This document shows positions 54,792-63,175 of a stretch of DNA of 64,000 nt, piece after piece. The translations under genes and the position numbers were made by a program. This stretch comes from Chitinophagaceae bacterium (GTDB lineage: Bacteria; Bacteroidota; Bacteroidia; Chitinophagales; Chitinophagaceae): contig JADLCD010000107.1 of NCBI GenBank assembly GCA_020847395.1, forward strand, positions 1,108 through 65,107, given 5' to 3'. Every line of letters starts with the position of its first letter. Position 1 is the stretch's first letter. The notes beneath the pieces were generated by a model. The model worked only from the letters and a program-made list of their open reading frames with translations. It was not told the DNA's origin and searched no databases.

Positions 54792-54987
54792 TTTCAGGAA
54801 GTTATGAGGAGCGGGAAAGAAAAGTAATAGAGGTAGTGAATGAGATGATATACTGATCCTGGGTTTGTGTGAATTAAAAATCAGATACTTATTGCCGTGT
54901 TCCAGATCTCACGAAACAAAGCATTAGTTGCGCAGGTGTTGCAGGTGTTTATTAACGCCTTTATACAGCAGGTAAATTTTCTCACAA

Positions 54988-56298
54988 TCATTCCTTCTTC
55001 AACGCTTCGGCATATACCTGCAAACAACGCTTTCGTGCAAATTCATGATCAACTATAGGTTGAGGATAATTGAACTCCTCAAATTCAGGTACCCATTTTC
55101 GAATATACTTTAATGCAGGGTCAAACTTTTTTGCCTGCAGGTAAGGATTGAATATTCTGAAATACGGAGCTGCATCGCAACCCGTACCCGCCGCCCATTG
55201 CCAGCCGCCATTATTGGCAGCCAAATCATAATCTGATAATTTCTTTGCAAAATATGCTTCACCCCAGCGCCAGTCAACCAGTAAATGTTTTGTAAGAAAT
55301 GATGCAACAATCATACGCACCCGGTTATGCATATACCCCGTTTCATTAAGCTCGCGCATGCCCGCATCAACAATGGGATAGCCGGTATTGCCGGTGCACC
55401 AGGCATCAAATTCTTTTTCATTATTACGCCATTTTATTTTATCGTATACCGGTTTAAATGATTGATATACCACTTGGGGAAAATGCCAGAGTATGCATTG
55501 ATAAAATTCCCGCCATATTAATTCGTTCAGAAAGCTGTCACTTATTTTTACAGCATGGCTTACGAGTTTGCGAATACTAATGGTACCAAACCGAAGATGT
55601 ACTCCCAACCTTGAAGTTGCGTTTTCGGCAGGAAAATCTCTTCCCTTTTCATAAAATTTCAACCTTTCTGCATCAATTTTTTTAGTAGCAAAGGCATGCG
55701 CTGTTTCGTAAAATCCTATTGCCTGCAGGGCTGGAATGGGTTTTGCATCCTGCTTAAAAAAATTGCTGAAATATTTTTCAGTGGGATAAGGTTTTATGTA
55801 AAATTTATTCAGCAGCGATTTCCATTTTCTTGAATATGGTGTAAACACCGTATAAGGTTCGCCATTATCCTTTACTACTTCTGTTTTCTCAAAAATTACC
55901 TGGTCTTTATAGGTATGGAAAGAAATATTATTCCGCTGCAAGAAGGCCTGCACACTTTTATCCCGCGCTGAAGCATATGGTTCATAATCATGGTTGGCAA
56001 ATACTTTCTCAATAGTGTAGTCTTTTACCAATACTGAAAATATTTTTTCCGGATAACCATACCGCACATCAAGCGTAGCACCAATTTTTAGCAGTTGCTG
56101 TTGTATACCTGTAAGCGCTTCATGTATAAATGTTACACGCCTATCGTATTTCTCCTCCAATTCATCCAATATAGCTGTGTCAAAAATAAAAACGGGAATA
56201 ACGGGATTTGCATCTTTCAATGCATAATATAAAGCGGCATTATCGGCCATGCGAAGATCGCGGCGAAACCAAAAGATATTTACAGGTTGCATCAGCAA
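54988..56298 (-). CDS. Deoxyribodipyrimidine photolyase (class I CPD photolyase/cryptochrome family)
   Basis: N-terminal IFWFRRDLRMADNAAL, and C-terminal FAD-binding motifs (TGYPIVDAGMREL, MHNRVRMIVASFL, GGWQW). Confidence 0.9.
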   Translation of the reverse strand: MLMQPVNIFWFRRDLRMADNAALYYALKDANPVIPVFIFDTAILDELEEKYDRRVTFIHEALTGIQQQLLKIGATLDVRYGYPEKIFSVLVKDYTIEKVFANHDYEPYASARDKSVQAFLQRNNISFHTYKDQVIFEKTEVVKDNGEPYTVFTPYSRKWKSLLNKFYIKPYPTEKYFSNFFKQDAKPIPALQAIGFYETAHAFATKKIDAERLKFYEKGRDFPAENATSRLGVHLRFGTISIRKLVSHAVKISDSFLNELIWREFYQCILWHFPQVVYQSFKPVYDKIKWRNNEKEFDAWCTGNTGYPIVDAGMRELNETGYMHNRVRMIVASFLTKHLLVDWRWGEAYFAKKLSDYDLAANNGGWQWAAGTGCDAAPYFRIFNPYLQAKKFDPALKYIRKWVPEFEEFNYPQPIVDHEFARKRCLQVYAEALKKE

Positions 56299-56325
56299 TA
56301 ATTATAAGAACAAGATAGTCATAAA

Positions 56326-57171
56326 CTATACCTGTTTATCCAGCCAGAATTGTTGTATACTTTTGGTAAGTTTTGAAGTATATGTTTTATCTCTGAACTT
56401 TTTTACAAAGCGTATGCCACGCACAGCATTTGTAAGAAAAATTTCGTCTGCATAAAGCAAATCATCTACGGTTAAAGGTCTTTCCTGCACATTAAATCCC
56501 TGTAGTGGTAATTTCTGAAGCAGGAATCTGCGCACTACACCGGCAACGCATCCTTCACTTAATGGTGGCGTAAATATTTCATCATGCTTCACAATAAAAA
56601 CATTTGCAATGGTAGCATCAGCAATACGCCCGTATTGATTCAGCACAATACAATCACCCAGCTTATTTTGCTTGGCATATAATGCAGCCATTAAATAAGG
56701 AAGAAAATTATTAGACTTGATTTCTGAAAATATATTGCAGGCCTTAGTTGCATCTTCATACACATCAATTACAATACCTGTTGGCTGCTCTTTAAGGTGT
56801 GGCAATTTTTGCAATGCAATGCTTTGTATTACATAATTGGGGCGCATATCCTCCATATCATATAAGCCACCATCACTCCTGAATACCACAAGCCTGATTA
56901 AGGCATCTTCAAGCCGGTTTTTTTTACAAAGTGAAAGTATATCAGCCTCAAGATGAGTAGCGGTAAAAAAATCAGGAATTTTAAACTGCAATAATTTCAT
57001 TCCCTGCAGTAAGCGTTCAAAGTGAAATTGTTTGAGAATGATATTGTCTTTTACCACCCGCATGGTTTCAAACAACCCGTCTCCATACCTGAAAGATCGG
57101 TTGTCGGGGGATATTACAGCCTTACCTTCCCTGAAAAGCTGACCATTATAAACAAAATAACCGCCTGGCAT
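56326..57171 (-). CDS. Class IV aminotransferase family protein (PabC/aminodeoxychorismate lyase-like or D-amino acid/BCAT-like)
   Basis: 281 aa with the fold-type IV pattern (FRYGDGLFET...,.SNNFLPY, EIFLTNA..GI). The subfamily cannot be resolved by eye. Confidence 0.7.
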   Translation of the reverse strand: MPGGYFVYNGQLFREGKAVISPDNRSFRYGDGLFETMRVVKDNIILKQFHFERLLQGMKLLQFKIPDFFTATHLEADILSLCKKNRLEDALIRLVVFRSDGGLYDMEDMRPNYVIQSIALQKLPHLKEQPTGIVIDVYEDATKACNIFSEIKSNNFLPYLMAALYAKQNKLGDCIVLNQYGRIADATIANVFIVKHDEIFTPPLSEGCVAGVVRRFLLQKLPLQGFNVQERPLTVDDLLYADEIFLTNAVRGIRFVKKFRDKTYTSKLTKSIQQFWLDKQV

Positions 57172-57204
57172 AAACTTATAGCTAAATATTTAAAAAGAAT
57201 AAAA

Positions 57205-57879
57205 TTACTTATTCTCTATGATACCTGCTTTAATAGCATACATTACCAGTCCGGCCATTGATTTTGCACCGGTTTTAGATTTTAGTTTATCTCTGATAGC
57301 TTCAACGGTGCGGGGACTGAGGTCAACCATATCTGCTATTTCTTTTGTACTTTTTTCTTCACATATTAACCTGAGAATATGTTTTTCTTTATCAGTTAAT
57401 TTAACCTCAGTATTTACAAAATTATCATTGTTACGTTTGGTGCGCAATCCATCAAGAAGGGCTTTATTGGTAAGATCATTAAAATAATATTCGTTGATAT
57501 AGCAGGTTTTTATTGCTTCGTAAATTACCTCGGAATCAGAGTTTTTTGTGAGATACGCATTTGCACCCAATTCCATTAATTTAGAAATCATGGAATGATC
57601 ATTATGCATAGTAAGCATAATAATACGGATGTTGGGATATGCTTTTTTAATTTCCGGTAAGGTAGTAATGCCATCCATAACAGGCATCTGTATATCCAAT
57701 AAAACAACATCTGGTTGCAAATGTTTTAACAGGTGGATAAGCTGTTGCCCATTGTCGGCTTCGCCAATAAGGCGTACATCTTTCTTTGAGCTAAGTGCTG
57801 TTTTTACTCCTGCGCGAAATAAAACATGGTCATCTGCAATAACTACTTTGATTGCATTGCCTGCATCCTGAATTTTCAT
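57205..57879 (-). CDS. NarL/LuxR-family response regulator (orphan paralogue 1)
   Basis: Receiver domain (ADDH..., VVLLDIQMPVMDG, LTMH) plus a C-terminal LuxR HTH (LTDKEKHILRLICEEKSTKEIADMVDLSPRTVEAIR). Confidence 0.85.
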   Translation of the reverse strand: MKIQDAGNAIKVVIADDHVLFRAGVKTALSSKKDVRLIGEADNGQQLIHLLKHLQPDVVLLDIQMPVMDGITTLPEIKKAYPNIRIIMLTMHNDHSMISKLMELGANAYLTKNSDSEVIYEAIKTCYINEYYFNDLTNKALLDGLRTKRNNDNFVNTEVKLTDKEKHILRLICEEKSTKEIADMVDLSPRTVEAIRDKLKSKTGAKSMAGLVMYAIKAGIIENK

Positions 57880-58016
57880 TAATATGTCTTCTTTTCTTTC
57901 TAATAAGCGATTTAGGAATGGTTTTCATGGGTAGCGATTTTAGAGAATATCCTTAAAATACTTACAGATATTCAGGGTTTTGACAGTAAAATACTTTCAA
58001 AATATTATATTCACTT

Positions 58017-58682
58017 TTAATCAATTAATCTGTTTCTCATACCGTACATCACTAACCCTGCAATGGTTTTGGCCCCTACTTTTACTTTCATATTTTGTCT
58101 TACCGTTTCAATTGTTCGTGGGCTAAGGTAAACTTCTTTCGATATTTCCTCCGTTGTTTTATCATTAGCAATGAGGCGCAGTATTTTCAATTCTTTTTCA
58201 TTGAATTTAATAGGATTTGGATAGTATTGCTTTACCTGCTTTTTATGTTGCAATTTTAATAATACTGCTTTATTTACCAGATCGTTAAAATAAAAATCGT
58301 CGTTCATGCAGGTAAGGATAGCATTATAGATTTCCTCGGGATCAGTAGTTTTTGTGAGGTACGCATTAGCGCCCATTTCCATCATTTTGGAAATCATTTC
58401 CTGATCATCATACATAGTTAATACAATGATTTTAATTTGCTCATACTCCTTTCTTATGAGGGAAATTGCATTTACTCCATCCATCTCCGGCATGCGAATG
58501 TCCATTAATAATACATCCGGAAGCTTGATTTTCATTTTGTGCATTAAATCTTTGCCGTTTTCAGCTTCCCAAATAATTTTCAGATACTCTTTACCGCCCA
58601 TAGCCATCTTTATACCGTCGCGAAAAATCTTGTGGTCATCTGCAATTGAAACCTTAATCTGGTAGTTATTGATTGCGGTCAT
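58017..58682 (-). CDS. NarL/LuxR-family response regulator (orphan paralogue 2)
   Basis: Same architecture as paralogue 1 (ADDH, VLLMDIRMPEMDG, LuxR HTH). It shares the linker motif YFNDLVNKAVL with paralogues 1 and 3. Confidence 0.85.
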   Translation of the reverse strand: MTAINNYQIKVSIADDHKIFRDGIKMAMGGKEYLKIIWEAENGKDLMHKMKIKLPDVLLMDIRMPEMDGVNAISLIRKEYEQIKIIVLTMYDDQEMISKMMEMGANAYLTKTTDPEEIYNAILTCMNDDFYFNDLVNKAVLLKLQHKKQVKQYYPNPIKFNEKELKILRLIANDKTTEEISKEVYLSPRTIETVRQNMKVKVGAKTIAGLVMYGMRNRLID

Positions 58683-59052
58683 AGATATTAAATTAATATC
58701 TTTGGGTTATTAGTGGTTGATTATTATTAATTTATTAATTGCTCACAAACTTCGTAAATCAAAACAATTAAAATATAGTATTTATACTTAGTTAAAATAC
58801 GTTGTTTTTATTCATGAAAATTTCGCTAAACACGTAAACGTAGCACTTAAAATAGTGTTTTCCGAATTCACAAAAACAAGCATTTCCCCCTTGTATAAAC
58901 ATTTATAGCATTTTACCTTTGAAATGAAGTTGATTGGCGCGGATTTAGCGACCTCACATTAAATTCAATTCCTGAAACCGTCCAATAATTTATTTCCAAT
59001 ATTTATGAAAAAAACAAGCAAAAATCCAATGCCAATCAACTTTCCTTTTAAA

Positions 59053-59068
59053 AAGATCAATTGATCTT
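59053..59068. promoter_or_regulatory. 16-bp perfect palindrome AAGATCAATTGATCTT (candidate operator)
   Basis: Perfect dyad within the 717-bp divergent spacer. It overlaps the stop of a 19-codon mini-ORF. Confidence 0.3.
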
Positions 59069-59196
59069 CTCTATCATTGCATGTTTTCCAAAAATTTCTT
59101 ACTTCCGCAATTTAAATGTATTATAAAACCCTTTTAACCTCTGCGTTTTCAGGTCTTCATTTTGCTTATATCGCAATACTTATGCTAAATTACGTA

Positions 59197-59226
59197 TTAT
59201 AACATAGTAAAAATACTATGTTATAA
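59197..59226. promoter_or_regulatory. Palindrome with 13-bp arms, TTATAACATAGTA-AAAA-TACTATGTTATAA (candidate operator)
   Basis: Perfect inverted repeat about 175 bp upstream of the 59400 ATG. Its size and symmetry fit a dimeric HTH regulator site. Confidence 0.35.
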
Positions 59227-59399
59227 AAGTAATTATACTTTATTTAATTATCCGTATATTATTACTAAGCTATTGAAAATAAATAAATTATCACAATTTT
59301 TTTTTCTTTTTTCTTTTTATCCTATTGCCACTTTTCTTATGAGAGCGCATATTTGATATATATCAATATCAATTTCTTAAACCACAAAAAACTATAACT

Positions 59400-59771
59400 A
59401 TGACAAAAAACGACACTCTTTTACAGGAAAGCCCCCTCTCGCTTGAAAACATTGGAGAAAACATTGGATTTGAAAAAGGAGCAAAAATGGTAAAAGATTA
59501 CCACGATCTTCATGGTGAAACCCAATGCCATTTTGTTGGCAAAAGTATTCTGGAAAAACTGCTTAACCAGCCGGAATGCGTTGGGATAACCATTTACAAA
59601 GCGCTTAACGACAAAGGCGTTGACACCTATGTATTTATAGGAGTTGACAGCAACGGAAAAGCCATACTTGAGTATACAGCCGTAAACTACCAGGGAGATT
59701 TGAAGAAGGAATATGGTATTGTAGCTAATAAATTCTCCAAAAGGGAGCAATGGTTTATGTGGAGTTTTTAA
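59400..59771 (+). CDS. Hypothetical soluble 123-aa protein, first gene of the sensor operon
   Basis: ATG start, no signal peptide or TM helix, and no family I recognise. It is 22 nt upstream of the 7-TM gene. Confidence 0.5.
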   Translation: MTKNDTLLQESPLSLENIGENIGFEKGAKMVKDYHDLHGETQCHFVGKSILEKLLNQPECVGITIYKALNDKGVDTYVFIGVDSNGKAILEYTAVNYQGDLKKEYGIVANKFSKREQWFMWSF

Positions 59772-59793
59772 ATTAGGGTTTTAGTAGCTATAT

Positions 59794-60486
59794 TTGGTAA
59801 AACGTGAGCTCATCGGTAGTATTTTACAAAATATAGCGGTATTATCCGATTTTTTGCCCTTAGTCCTGTTTATATTTTTTTCAAAATCCAAAAAAAATTC
59901 AGGACTAAGGGTTGTTTTTTTTTTACTGATCTATTATATTTTCTTCAATCTCGTTATCAGTACCAATCAGCAGTTACAGGATAAGTATTTTTACCTGTTA
60001 GGAAGCCTTACTACTATCATTGAGTTTGCAATCCTTTCTTATCTTTTTTTCTGTATTATTGAATCGGGCAAATTTAAAAAGCTAATGTGGCTTATAACAG
60101 CAGTAGTTGGCACTTTCCTACTGTATTTTCTGATCACGTCTCCTCACAACGCTTTTGATTCCATTCCTTCGGGTGTTACCTCCCTTACACTGTTAATTTA
60201 TAGCATTTATTATTTATTTGAGAGAATGAAGGATCCCACTTCCCTGTATTTATTCTCCTCGCCGGTTTTTTGGGTAGTTGTTGCCATCGTAATATATTCA
60301 GCAGGAACTTTTTTTCCTTTTATTTATGCCCGGAACAATATGGAAGAAGCGGAGTTTAAAAATATTTATGATTTGATACATGATACACTTTATATTGTAA
60401 AAAACGTTATTTTTTCATTCGCAATTATGATTAAACCAAAACCTGAAAAAAAATACGCCGGTTCCGCTATATCCAAAAAACACTGA
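59794..60486 (+). CDS. Stand-alone 7-TM membrane protein, unknown function (candidate accessory sensor)
   Basis: 230 aa with a TTG start and seven clear hydrophobic helices. It has short loops and no soluble domain. It is 23 nt upstream of the kinase gene. Confidence 0.55.
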   Translation: MVKRELIGSILQNIAVLSDFLPLVLFIFFSKSKKNSGLRVVFFLLIYYIFFNLVISTNQQLQDKYFYLLGSLTTIIEFAILSYLFFCIIESGKFKKLMWLITAVVGTFLLYFLITSPHNAFDSIPSGVTSLTLLIYSIYYLFERMKDPTSLYLFSSPVFWVVVAIVIYSAGTFFPFIYARNNMEEAEFKNIYDLIHDTLYIVKNVIFSFAIMIKPKPEKKYAGSAISKKH

Positions 60487-60509
60487 ATTTATAAACCCTG
60501 AAGAAAACA

Positions 60510-61340
60510 ATGATACTATTACAAGTGCAGTCAACTACCCAACCTATACTCCTTTTTGGCACTATGGGTATGCTTGCGCTTGCCATAGGGCTTATTGTAT
60601 TCATTATTTTTCATCAGCGAAGGGTTATCCGCTATCAGTTACAGCTACAGGAAATGGAAGAAGAACAACAAAAAATTTTATTGAACGCTTCCATACGCTG
60701 GCAGGAAGAAGAACGGCAACGTATAGCCGCTGATTTGCATGATGATGCCGGTCCATTACTTGCTACAGCCCGGCTATACTTAAACGAAAACCTTGTACAC
60801 CAGGATCTCAATACCCAGCTTCAAAGCATTTATAATGCCAAGCAAATTATTGATGATACTATACAGTTAATCCGGAATATATCTCATAGTCTTATGCCTC
60901 CCACGCTAAAAAATTTTGGATTAGAATCTGCAGTAAATGATCTTTTTCAAAAAATCAGCGGGTCGGGCGTTGTAAATGCCAGCTCAAGATTTCACGATTA
61001 CCGTCAAAGATTAAGACCAGAACAAGAATTACTGATATTCCGCGTTATACAGGAACTGGTAAATAATATTTTGAAACACAGTAGTTCCAGTTTTATCCAT
61101 GTAACGCAAAATTATAACGAAGATAAATTCTTTATACGGTTACATCATGACGGCAGGGGGATTACGCAAGCCGATTTTGAAAGATTAAATAAAAGTGCGC
61201 TTGGGCTTGGACTAAAAAATATTCAAAGCCGCGCCAAAGTTCTACAGGCAAAAATTGAATTTGAAAGAGACCCTTCTGAAACATATTTTAAAGTAACATT
61301 AGAAGTACCTATTGAAGATTACGAAATGATGAGTAATTAA
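60510..61340 (+). CDS. Sensor histidine kinase, HisKA_3 type, with a single N-terminal TM helix and no extracytoplasmic domain
   Basis: One TM helix (ILLFGTMGMLALAIGLIVFIIF), a coiled-coil, an H-box EERQRIAADLHDDAGPLL (HisKA_3), and an HATPase_c domain with N and G boxes (ELVNNILKH, GLGLKNI). Confidence 0.85.
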   Translation: MILLQVQSTTQPILLFGTMGMLALAIGLIVFIIFHQRRVIRYQLQLQEMEEEQQKILLNASIRWQEEERQRIAADLHDDAGPLLATARLYLNENLVHQDLNTQLQSIYNAKQIIDDTIQLIRNISHSLMPPTLKNFGLESAVNDLFQKISGSGVVNASSRFHDYRQRLRPEQELLIFRVIQELVNNILKHSSSSFIHVTQNYNEDKFFIRLHHDGRGITQADFERLNKSALGLGLKNIQSRAKVLQAKIEFERDPSETYFKVTLEVPIEDYEMMSN

Positions 61341-61366
61341 GGAATTTATAACCGAATAATCACTTT

Positions 61367-62017
61367 ATGAGCATTATTAAAGTTGCAATTGCTGATGATC
61401 ATAAAATATTCCGGAAAGGGGTAATTCTTTCTTTGCGCCCATATACTAATATAAAATTTGTATTGGAGGCCGAAAATGGAGAAGAGCTGCTTAATGGATT
61501 ATCTGCGGCAGAACCGGATATCGTTTTAATGGATTTGCGTATGCCTGTGAAAGATGGAATTGAGGCAACAAAAATAATCAGCAAAGATTTTCCTAAAATT
61601 CATGTAATTGTTTTAACAATGTATGAAGATGAGCGCTTTGTATCTCATTTAATGGAAAATGGAGCAAACGGTTATTTACTCAAAAGTGCCGACCCTTCAG
61701 AGATCAAAAAGGCAATTGTAGAAGTTGTAACCAAAGGTTACTATCTTAACAATTTCGTGAATAAAGTATTATTGAAAAAATCTCATGCCCGCACAAAAAC
61801 AATTCCTTCACTTAACAGTGAAATTGTTATAAGCGATAAAGAACGGGAGGTTTTACGTTTGTTATGTATGGAATTTACTGCTACCGAAATCGCCCAAAAA
61901 ATGGAAATAAGCCCAAGAACTGTTGAGGCAATTAAGGATAGGCTTATGGCAAGGTTTAATGTAAAAAATACAGCGGGACTTGTGTTTTTTGCAGTTCGTA
62001 ATAACTTAATTGATTGA
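61367..62017 (+). CDS. NarL/LuxR-family response regulator (cognate, paralogue 3)
   Basis: ADDH, IVLMDLRMPVKDG and a LuxR HTH (ISDKEREVLRLLCMEFTATEIAQKMEISPRTVEAIK). Confidence 0.9.
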   Translation: MSIIKVAIADDHKIFRKGVILSLRPYTNIKFVLEAENGEELLNGLSAAEPDIVLMDLRMPVKDGIEATKIISKDFPKIHVIVLTMYEDERFVSHLMENGANGYLLKSADPSEIKKAIVEVVTKGYYLNNFVNKVLLKKSHARTKTIPSLNSEIVISDKEREVLRLLCMEFTATEIAQKMEISPRTVEAIKDRLMARFNVKNTAGLVFFAVRNNLID

Positions 62018-62770
62018 TTTACCCTCAGTTTTCAAATATTCTTCTATAATATTTTTTATATTGATTTGTTGCCAGCTATAATCTATACGGTTTGCAAACA
62101 CAGGATTGATTTCATTCATAATTGTATAACACTGATGCATTAACGCTTCTATGGTTTTTACACCTTGTAATGATAGCCCTGCATCCAAAATAGAATTATC
62201 CTCGTTAGCAATAGCATCGTCTTTCATATCGTCCATATCATCGGTAAGAAGATAAAATGTCATTAAAGCATGCCAGGCATCAATCAATTTTTTCTTTATA
62301 TCGTTCTCAAAATCAAAAAAACATAAAGTAAATAAATAGCTGTCTACCCTGTTCAGCGCTTTTAATGGCAGCCCGAAATCTATACCATTAACGTGGTTGA
62401 TTCCTGCAAAATATTGTTTTAGTTCTTCAAGCAATTTGGGGTTTTTGCCATAGGCTGCAGCAATATCCACGCAATCCTTAATATGTGCTTCCCGGCTTGT
62501 TTTTTCAAACTCCTCCTTACCTATGCAATCCATAATAGCTTCTATAAAACGGGCGTGCTCTTCACTAAGCAATGCCTTCTTGGGCAATCCAAGCCGGTAT
62601 TGCAAATCTACATAGGTGGGAATAAAAAGATAACCAGGCATTGGAGTTATATATAAATACCTGCCTTTCCAGTACAAATTGTTTTCCGGAACTTTTCTGT
62701 CAATAAAAAATTGACCAATCTCCATATCAATCCCGTAAAATAGTTTCAAATCATCTTTACTCGCAAACAT
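62006..62770 (-). CDS. Hypothetical 254-aa protein with the acidic motif DDMDDMKDD
   Basis: Good-length ORF with no TM helix or signal. It carries LLTDDMDDMKDDAIANEDNS near residue 175. Its 3' end overlaps the convergent regulator gene by 12 nt. Confidence 0.5.
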   Translation of the reverse strand: MFASKDDLKLFYGIDMEIGQFFIDRKVPENNLYWKGRYLYITPMPGYLFIPTYVDLQYRLGLPKKALLSEEHARFIEAIMDCIGKEEFEKTSREAHIKDCVDIAAAYGKNPKLLEELKQYFAGINHVNGIDFGLPLKALNRVDSYLFTLCFFDFENDIKKKLIDAWHALMTFYLLTDDMDDMKDDAIANEDNSILDAGLSLQGVKTIEALMHQCYTIMNEINPVFANRIDYSWQQINIKNIIEEYLKTEGKSIN

Positions 62771-62818
62771 ATTACTCAGTTTCTAAAACAATATTGCTTC
62801 CTTTTTCAGTAATTTTTT

Positions 62819-63175
62819 TTAAGAGTTTGGTATCCGGAAAAGTTCTTCCCGCCTCCGTTGTGCTTTGGCATTTAATGAATCTATTAAAATTTTATACGCC
62901 TGAGGGCGAGATTTATAATAGTCATAACTATTTTTAAACTGCAACTCCGTTATACCATACAGCAAATATATCTTCTGGTACTCTTTATTTAATGCTGCTT
63001 TTTTGTCTTTAGAAGAATCTTTAGCAAGGTATATATTCACAAAATCTTCCGCCACATTCATATCAAACAAAACACTTCCCATTTTATCTGAAGAAATAAT
63101 TTCAGTAACTGATTTTTGCTCACGGCAAGAAATAAAAATCAGTAAAAGCGATATAAAAAGTACATTCATTTTCAT
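62819..63175 (-). CDS. DUF4296 domain lipoprotein
   Basis: 118 aa with a lipobox (LIFISC). The pattern ...M..VL.DM..AE......................Y..I...Y.I....F..S..YY is typical of DUF4296. Confidence 0.6.
   Translation of the reverse strand: MKMNVLFISLLLIFISCREQKSVTEIISSDKMGSVLFDMNVAEDFVNIYLAKDSSKDKKAALNKEYQKIYLLYGITELQFKNSYDYYKSRPQAYKILIDSLNAKAQRRREELFRIPNS

Noticed and set aside
57880-58016. Repeated AGCGATTT(T)AG words upstream of orphan regulator 1 as a regulator-binding site
   Set aside because: There are only two short copies, and the similar strings in the 58683-59399 region are permuted rather than matching. This is indistinguishable from chance in AT-rich DNA.
62006-62770. Calling the 254-aa protein a terpene or polyprenyl synthase
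   Set aside because: It has only one Asp-rich motif, placed near the C-terminus. There is no second NSE/DTE or SARM motif, and the length is too short. It is kept as hypothetical.
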